This document shows positions 56,524-64,000 of a stretch of DNA of 64,000 nt, one piece after another (the stretch's first letter is position 1; each line of letters begins with the position of its first letter). Source of the DNA: Eledone cirrhosa (Eukaryota); contig OZ024742.1 in the NCBI GenBank assembly GCA_964016885.1, positions 208,010,001 through 208,074,000 on the forward strand, read 5' to 3'. The position numbers and the translations under genes are program-made. The notes beneath the pieces were generated by a model. It made no database searches. It worked only from the letters and a program-made list of their open reading frames with translations, and was not told the DNA's origin.

Positions 56524-56666
56524 GAGTTAAACAAGATTCAATGAGTGGATCAAAGAATGAGTTTTACAGTAGATTGGAAGCACTCTACAGTTAAATATTT
56601 TCCAGAGTTATTAATATAATATTAAACCCAAATATTAATAAAATAGATGTTATTGTGATCAATTAC

Positions 56667-56732
56667 ATTTTATTATACATATTTCAGGGGTACGCGAATC
56701 AGGTTCAACAGTACTTTCTCATCAGATAAAAT
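56667..56732 (-). ncRNA. type I hammerhead motif (left arm)
   Basis: AUUUUAU-CUGAUGA-GAAAGUAC..GUACCCCU-GAAAU-AUGU-AUA/AUAAAAU. Confidence 0.7.
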
Positions 56733-56834
56733 AAAATGATACATGACATACCCTGAGATGTTAGATGGTTAAGATTTACTACTTTGATTAAATCTTAACC
56801 ATCTAACATCTCAGGGTATGTCATGTATCATTTT

Positions 56835-56900
56835 ATTTTATCTGATGAGGACGTACTGTTGAACCTGATTCACGTACCTCTGAAATATGTATAATAAAAT
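56835..56900 (+). ncRNA. type I hammerhead motif (right arm)
   Basis: AUUUUAU-CUGAUGA-GGACGUAC-UGUUGAA..UUCAC-GUACCUCU-GAAAU-AUGU-AUA/AUAAAAU. Confidence 0.75.
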
Positions 56901-56940
56901 TTCATTGATCACAAGAACATCTATTTTATTAATATTGAAT

Positions 56941-57014
<74 letters not shown>

Positions 57015-57128
57015 ATATATATAAAGATTTACATATACACAAACTAAACAAAATCACAGATATACATGTTTTGGCAACCATTCACGATGTGGCTCAATGA
57101 TGAATTAATTAATTAAATAATCAGAGCA

Positions 57129-57221
57129 ATATACTATAAAGTATGTCCATAGAATCATTTGATAATATATATACACCATTTCCTCTCCCAATTTATATAT
57201 ATATATATATTTATATATATT

Positions 57222-57302
<81 letters not shown>

Positions 57303-57526
57303 TGACGGTATATGTAGTCGATTTCCAGGTGCTGTTGAAGTGTTGGGTAATAATTCTATGGCGGTCGGCTGCAAAGAGATTGCTTTCGTTTATTTATCTT
57401 ATATTTCTTCATAGATGCCTTTTAATCTTATAGCCTGGTCTAATTGATTTTTTATGCGGTTGATTATGCTAATTGGGAGAGGAAATTGTGTATATATATT
57501 ATCAAATGATTCTATGGACATACTTT

Positions 57527-57535
<9 letters not shown>
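57129..57535. repeat. 65-bp inverted repeats around (TA)n and the body of the 591-860 family
   Basis: 57129-57193 is the reverse complement of 57471-57535 with about 2 mismatches. Confidence 0.9.
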
Positions 57536-57577
<42 letters not shown>

Positions 57578-57579
57578 TA

Positions 57580-60500
57580 TAGCGGATACACTAAAGTGGA
57601 TACAAAAGAGGTGCGGTGGACAGGGGTGGGGATGGGGCTGTGAGAAAGGTTGAGGGATAGGGTGGATGGGTGTGGGGGTATATTAGTGGACGTGTCAGTG
57701 GGATGTTTGTGTATGGGGGGTGTTGGTAGTGGGAGAGTATGAGAGGGAGACAGAAGCTGCTGGGGACAGTCGGAAGGAGTGTAATGTACTAGTGTGTGTG
57801 TGTGGCAGAGTGGGTTTTAGTATGGTTGGTGCAGGGGGGGGGGTGCGGGTCTGTGAGGGGGCTTAGTGGTGGTAGTGTGGGTGTGGAGTGGCTGGTGTAT
57901 CGGTGTGTACGTGTGTGTAGGTGAGTGTATGTGTGATGGTGTGAGTTCGTGTGTGTGTGGTTGGGGAGAATGGGGGTTAGGGAACGTTTAGTATTATTAG
58001 TTGTGGGGTGGTCAGATATGGATGTGTCGGTGGGGCTTAGTTATGCTAGTAGGATGTGTGAATAGTGTGAGTGACTGTACATATCTACTGGTGTGTGTGT
58101 GCGTGTTGAGGGAGTGGGTGCGCGTTTGATAGGGGAGGGTGGGGTGTTAGTATTATTAGCTGTGGGGTGGGCCATGGGTGTGGGGGGAATGCTGGGAGTG
58201 GAGGGGACGGTGAAACTAGGGAGTGTGTTAATGGTTTTAGTAGGGTATGTGTGGGGAGGTGGGAGGTTTACGGTCGAAGTCTAAAGGAAGGGGGTGGGGA
58301 GATCAGGCCGGGGATGTGTGGGTCTGTAGAATGAAGATGGTGTGTTGTTCGACCGTGAGGCGGACGGTGGGGGATCCCATGGCATTGGATCAGGCAACAG
58401 ACGGTGAGATGGTGGGCGGAATGTCCCGGGGAACTAAAGTGACGGGCGATGGGAGAACTCCCGCCGAGACGAATATCTCGGAGGTGTTCCGTGAACAGAT
58501 CTGCCAGGCGACCTTCGGTCTATCCGTATGGATTGATCTGCATTCCGTGCTGCGAATTCCGTGGGCGAGGTTGGAAGAGGTGCAGAGGAAAGCATGCCGG
58601 AGAGAGAGAGAAATTGGCCGTTGGGACCTTGGAAGGTGCTGGTAGTGGTGATGTGGGAGCAGGTGTGGCAGCGAGGTCTGGAGCAGACGAGGGAACTGGG
58701 GGTGTTGGGGGTAGCGAGCTGTAACGAGGGGGGAGCGTATATTGCGCGCGTGTTTGAATGAGGGGAGGGGTGGGGAGAGGATAACGGGGGAAGGGTCGGA
58801 CTGGAGGCGTCAGTCGAGGCGGAGGATGGTGCGGTGGAGGGGTAGGGTGGATGGGTGGTAGGTGAGGGTGTAGGGTAGACGGTGGGTTGGGGTGCGGGAT
58901 GTAGATGTAGGGCCTTGGAGCGGTGGACAGCACGGGCGCGAGCGAGGGCAGCGTGGACGACGCGGTAGTTGGGGTAACCTCTCCGGATGAAGTGGCTTTC
59001 CAGAGACAGGGCCTGGGCCTCGAAGTCAGCATCTCGGCTGAAGAGGCGGCGGATCAGGAGGAGTTGGGTGTAGGGAATGGAGTGTTTGCTTTGTATAGGG
59101 TTGGAGGAGGTGGAGTCGGTGGGTTTTAAGAAGGCGGAGGTGACGAGGGAGCGGTGGGACGGGTCGAAGACGACGGAGATGTCCAAGAAGTGGACGTGAG
59201 TGGTGGAGATAGAGGTGGTGAAGTGGAGGGAGTGTGTAAGATGCAGAAGAAGCAGAGAAAGGAGTCGAGCTGTTCTCGAGTGAGGCTTGTGGCCTCAATA
59301 CAGTTTGGGCGTGGGACCGATGTATTATGCAAAGATTGGGCCTCAACATGGCCAACGAAAATGTTGGCATAGTTGGGCCCATTCTTGTACCCATGGCTAC
59401 CACTGTGACCTGCTCGTAAAATTCACACGATAAGGAGTAGTAGTTAAGGGTGAGGACCAGCTCGGCGAGGCGAAGGAGGTGGGGATGGAGGGCATGGGTG
59501 TGGTGAAGGTCGAGGTAGTGTCGGAGGGCGCGTAGGCCGTCGCGTGGGGGATGACCGTGTATATAGACTTAATGTCTAGGGGGATGAGGAGGGTGTGTGG
59601 GCCGGGTGGGAAAGTGAGGTAGTCGAACAAGCGAAAGGCGTGGTTGGTGTCGGATATGTGGGAGGGGAGGGTGGTGACGAGGGGGTGAGGATGGAGTCAA
59701 GAAAGCCGGAGATGAGTTCTGCGGGGCAGTTGCAGGTGGAGAAGATGGGACGGCCTGGGTTTTCTGGTCTGTGGATCTTGGGAAAGAAGTAGATAGTGGG
59801 GATGCGGGAGGGGGGGGGGGGGGTTCAGACGATGAGGTGGGAAGCGGTGGGAGGGAGGAGAGAAGAGGAGACGAGGTGTTAGATGCTGGACGAAACTTGT
59901 TGTTGTTAGAGGGTGCTAGAAGAAGGGGTTACGGAGGTGCGTGAGGGGTGAGTTGGGGGAGGGGAAGTATGGTTGAAGTGCATGTGGAGGGGTGAGATTT
60001 GAGAAGGGGGATGGGGAGCAGGGAAGAGGGTTATATGTGATGTGGGGTGGATGGGGTACTTTTCGGGGGTGGGGGAAGGTGGTGGTGGGGAGGAGTGAGT
60101 GTAGCTTATGGGCGTTGCTGGAGGAGCAGAAGGAGAAGAGTTCGTGATTGAGGTTTTGGATGAAGAGAAAGATGGAGTGGGTGAGGAGTGGGTGGCACGC
60201 GGGGTGTAGGCGGAGGAGGGCGGGAATATTTGCGGTCGATGTTGCGGATAGTGGAGAGAGGGGAGTGTGGGAGGAGCGGGTGAGGATACGTGGGTGGAGG
60301 GGTAAGCAGAGGGGAAGGTGTGGAAGTGCATTCGGAAGTCAAAGGGGATGAGGTGGAGGTGGAGGCAGCGGCTGAGGAAATGTTTGTGGCTGGAATGCCG
60401 AGTTTTGGCGAAGAGGAGATAGGAGAGTTGGAGAGCCGAAGGGCGATAACAGGGTGAGAGGAGGAGGAGAGGAAATATTTAAGGCGGATGTGGATTTGGT

Positions 60501-62190
60501 GGAGAAAGGATTTCAGGCTGGGCATGGTGGGTGTGGAGTTTCTAAGAAGAGGGGTGGTCAAAAAGCAAGGGCGTGGTGGAAGAGAGAAGTGTGTGGTGCG
60601 AGAAGGAAGTGGAACGAAAGGGGTGAATGCAAAAAGGATAAACGGGGGAGGAAAGGGGCCGGTAAAATCAATACAAAATTATCAGAAAAATCAATACAAA
60701 ATTATCACAAAATACAAAAAGAAAATCATAAACAAAAATTCATAGGCTGAAAATAAACAAATAAAATAATAAAAAAATAAAAATATAATAGAAAAATAAT
60801 TAAAAAATGGACACAAAATCGGAGACTGAAAGAGAAAAGGTTTTGTGAGAGAGTTTTGGGAAAATCAAGACGTTGGTCATGGCGAATTAAATCGGGTGGT
60901 CGAAGGTTGTACTCCAGGTGGCGTAGAGGCCGTCTAAGCATGTATATATATTTTAAAGTTGAGACAGTAAACAGAAAACAAAAAACACAACGTGGAAACG
61001 GAGAGGCAGTAAAAATGTTAATATTAGTTTCACGCCTGTTAGTGTGTGGGGGGGGGGGGGACGTTTCGGGCATAAGCCCTTCATCAGGAGAAAAGTGGAC
61101 AGGAAAAGAGTTCCGATGGTGTGAAAGGTAGTGGTGGAAAAACATTAAAAGGGCGGAGGGAGACACACATTATTTAGAGGGTAAAAAATATTAAAATGAA
61201 ACAAGTGGTGAAAGGGTGTGATGCGTGTGGGGATGGTGGTGAGTGGTGACGGGTGGTGACGGGAGAAGGAGACGAGGTGGGGGGGTCCGAGCGGGGAGGG
61301 CCGAGGTGGCGTGTGTGTATGTGTGTAGGTGTACGAGTATGCGTGTGTGTGTGTGGATGTGAATGTGAGAGTTGGGCGAAGAACGAGATTCCATGTTCCG
61401 GTAATAGGAAAACCGGTGTGTACATGGGTGGGGTGCAAGTCGGTGTGTGTTTGTGTGTGGAGGGAGAGGGGTCACTGGGGGGAGAGGGGGCGTGTAGAGT
61501 CCGGAGGCTGAGTGTGTGTGTGTGTGAGGGTACGCACATGTGTGTTTGAGGATACGCATGTGTGTGAGTGTTTCTGTGTTGTGTGGGTGTATGGTTGCGT
61601 GGTGCGAAAATGGTGTGTTTGTGTGTGTATGTGTTCCTTGCTGTTTTTCCATGGAATGTAAAACCGGATGTTGAGGATTCCGAGTGTGGCAGGGTCGATG
61701 GTTGGAGTAGTGGACCGGTGATGTAAAATCCTGGTGTGGTAGTGAGAAAGTGGAGAGTTGTGGGGTGCGCGCGCAACAGGAAGTGGTCAGACGGTCAAGG
61801 CAGGCAGAAGGAGATAGCGGTCGGAAGGTGGCAGCAGGCAGAGTAGTATAGACATATAGATGGTCTGTATGTGGTGTGGATTGTGTGTGTGTGTGTGTGT
61901 GTGTGCGGAGGTGAGGTGGACATGGAAGGTGATGGGTATGTGAGAAAGGTTGAGGGAGGGGGTGGGTGTGGGTGGCTATAATATTGGACGTGTTAGTTGG
62001 ATGTGGTGGGTGTTGATAGTGCGGGGAGCGAGAGAGGGGGAGAGAAGGCGCTGGGGACAGTCGGAGGGAGTGTAATGTACTGGTGTGTGTGCGTGCGTGT
62101 TTGAATATGAGTGTGTGTATGGTAGAGTGGGTGTTGGTATTACTGGTGGTGGAGAGAGGGGTTGAATGCGGGTGTGTGAGTGGGGGTTAG
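57580..62190 (-). mobile_element. near full-length decayed PLE (Neptune-like by inference) with a long upstream pLTR
   Basis: ORF relic ~60560-58280: YFFPKIHRPEKPGRPI, LDIKSIYTVIPH, AMGTRMGP, KPTDS, SIPYTQLL..RR, RGYP, CSRPRCHTC, RFTEH. 57600-57880 is repeated (diverged) at 61900-62190. Confidence 0.88.
61058..61092 (-). ncRNA. minimal PLE-type hammerhead motif in the 5' pLTR (helix I not evident)
   Basis: CUGAUGA-A-GGGC-UUAU-GCCC-GAAACGUC. Confidence 0.7.
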
Positions 62191-62202
62191 TGATATATCT
62201 AA

Positions 62203-62233
<31 letters not shown>

Positions 62234-62984
62234 AGGAGATAGAGAAAGAATTAATACATGTTTTTAGAAATTATGTCACATTTGTTTAATTGTTATAATA
62301 TATAATAATTATTATAATATAACAAATTATTGTAAAATTGTGATGAAGTGTAAGAATAACAAAATACTTGCCGATAGAAAAAAAATCAAAACCTAAAAGA
62401 ACACAATTCAGATCTTTATAACGTCAACACCGTCAATTTATCTACTGAAATCCTAAAGTCGTCAAGTTTCTGATCAATTATTTACAGAATAAAATTCCGT
62501 TTATTCGCTTGAGGGAATTAAATTTATTATTTCTATCACATATACAAATATATCTTCTAATTGCCGAAAGAGAATCTATTATCGATGAATGATGTACCTC
62601 CAAATATTTCTTCCATTTTCCCTTTTCAAAATTCTTTCATGAATTATTCAAAGCCGTTAACAATGTAAAATATGTTCTTATGTATGTTCTTTTCTGAAGT
62701 GAAGACAGAAGCACATTTAGTAGGTCATTGAAATTATATAGGGAGGTATTCGTATCTGAAAAATATTTTAGCATGCGATATATAATGGTGAAAATATTAC
62801 CGAAATTTGAAAAACTAATTCAATTTAAATCTCTCTCGATATATATATTGGTACTAAATTCATAGCTATATAAGGAAGGAGTAGCTAAGTCAGATGCTTG
62901 TTAATTAAAACATGTGTGACTATAATCTATATATGTATTTATACAGGCACATAAATATACATATATATTGTGTCTGAGGGTGCC

Positions 62985-63200
62985 TGAATTTGTAGTTAAG
63001 GTGTTTGGTTAATGATCGTAAGAACAAGAACTCATTTCCCGGCTGTGCGTTTTGTTCTCGAGTAGTACACATCATTTCACGTTGCTCCAGACCACTGATA
63101 AGGCAAAAATGAGTTGTACCTGTATTCGAAGAGCCAGCATTGTCACATTAAGGGCACGTGTGTCTGTGGAATTCACGTTAATTTTCCGAGAACTGGTTCT
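62985..63200 (+). mobile_element. degenerate tRNA-derived SINE of a second family
   Basis: GTAGTTAAGGTG..GATCGTAAG..TTCCCGG tRNA-like head followed by ATTTCACGTTGCTCCAG-CCACT..GGCAAAAATGAGTTGTACCTG; recognised from memory only. Confidence 0.55.
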
Positions 63201-63764
63201 CTCATTACCGAAAACGATACAGTGTTATGTTAGTATATTTGCGTGTATGTGTATGTGAATGTAAGCAAACAAGTAATGGAAGCTAGAATATAATTATATC
63301 TACGTGTGTCGATGTATTATATAGACATATAATTATATCTATCTGCGTCTAAATAATATATATAGACACATCTGTATATATTAAAATCATTCACTTCAGT
63401 TTTCTTCTCTGAATTGCTACTGCCGTCCAGCTCGCCTGAAAGTTTCTTACCTCTGACATATGACTAGAAAATTGACTACCGTGAAAAAGCCGGAGGTCGT
63501 CCGGAAAAGATTGGGTAGTGCTAGGAAGGACTACATCTAGAGGCTCTGAATGTTAGCTCCCCATTTTGTCATATAATTTTGCTACAAATTCTAACAATGA
63601 AAGATTTTCCTAGGATTCACCAAACGAGGAAGAGAATGATGAATCCATAGTCACCATGTTAACCACATAAAATTTCCATTTATCTATGGAAGGGTATACA
63701 CCACTTACATAAATGTAAGTATCCATACGTAAAGGTACACACACACATACACACACACACACAC

Positions 63765-63841
<77 letters not shown>

Positions 63842-64000
63842 TATATATACATGCACATATACATATGTGCGTGTGAGTTATATCGAAAATTAATAATAAT
63901 ATTTGATTCGTTTGTAAACACACGGCCCGATTAAAGCTGTGCCGTGCCGATGACAAATCATCATCCGTTTGTCTAACACTGGCATTGTATCAGCTGTGCT

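Larger units (their letters stand above)
56614..56952. repeat. ~165-bp-arm hairpin with a 10-nt loop, each arm encoding a hammerhead
   Basis: Arms 56614-56778 and 56789-56952 are reverse complements with scattered mismatches; loop CTACTTTGAT. Confidence 0.95.

Noticed and set aside
63400-63715. Possible piggyBac transposase C-terminal relic on the minus strand (YPSIDKWKF..LSLLEF..PDDLR)
   Set aside because: Fragmentary resemblance only; no TIR or TTAA pair identified.

Overview
Eukaryotic, AT-rich, repeat-saturated DNA. The very dense (TA)n/(CA)n/(GA)n/(ATCT)n microsatellites and the SINE types suggest a coleoid cephalopod such as Octopus (inference). No host protein-coding gene could be supported, and most track ORFs are microsatellite or antisense artefacts. 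The window is a graveyard of non-LTR retroelements. It holds more than a dozen Penelope-like element (PLE; RT + C-terminal GIY-YIG) copies or fragments from about 4-5 lineages, three Tx1/L1-clade LINEs, a CRE-like REL LINE relic, an RTE 3' end, about 14 tRNA-derived SINE copies and a 2.6-kb G/T-skewed minisatellite. Two patterns stand out. First, there are about a dozen type I hammerhead ribozyme motifs at PLE-type termini, including forms with a very long helix II and two unrelated ones with a CCGANGA core. Second, there are about twelve fold-back (inverted-repeat) structures, most anchored on (TA)n tracts, one carrying a hammerhead on each strand. All alignments and folds were done by eye, so boundaries are approximate unless stated.
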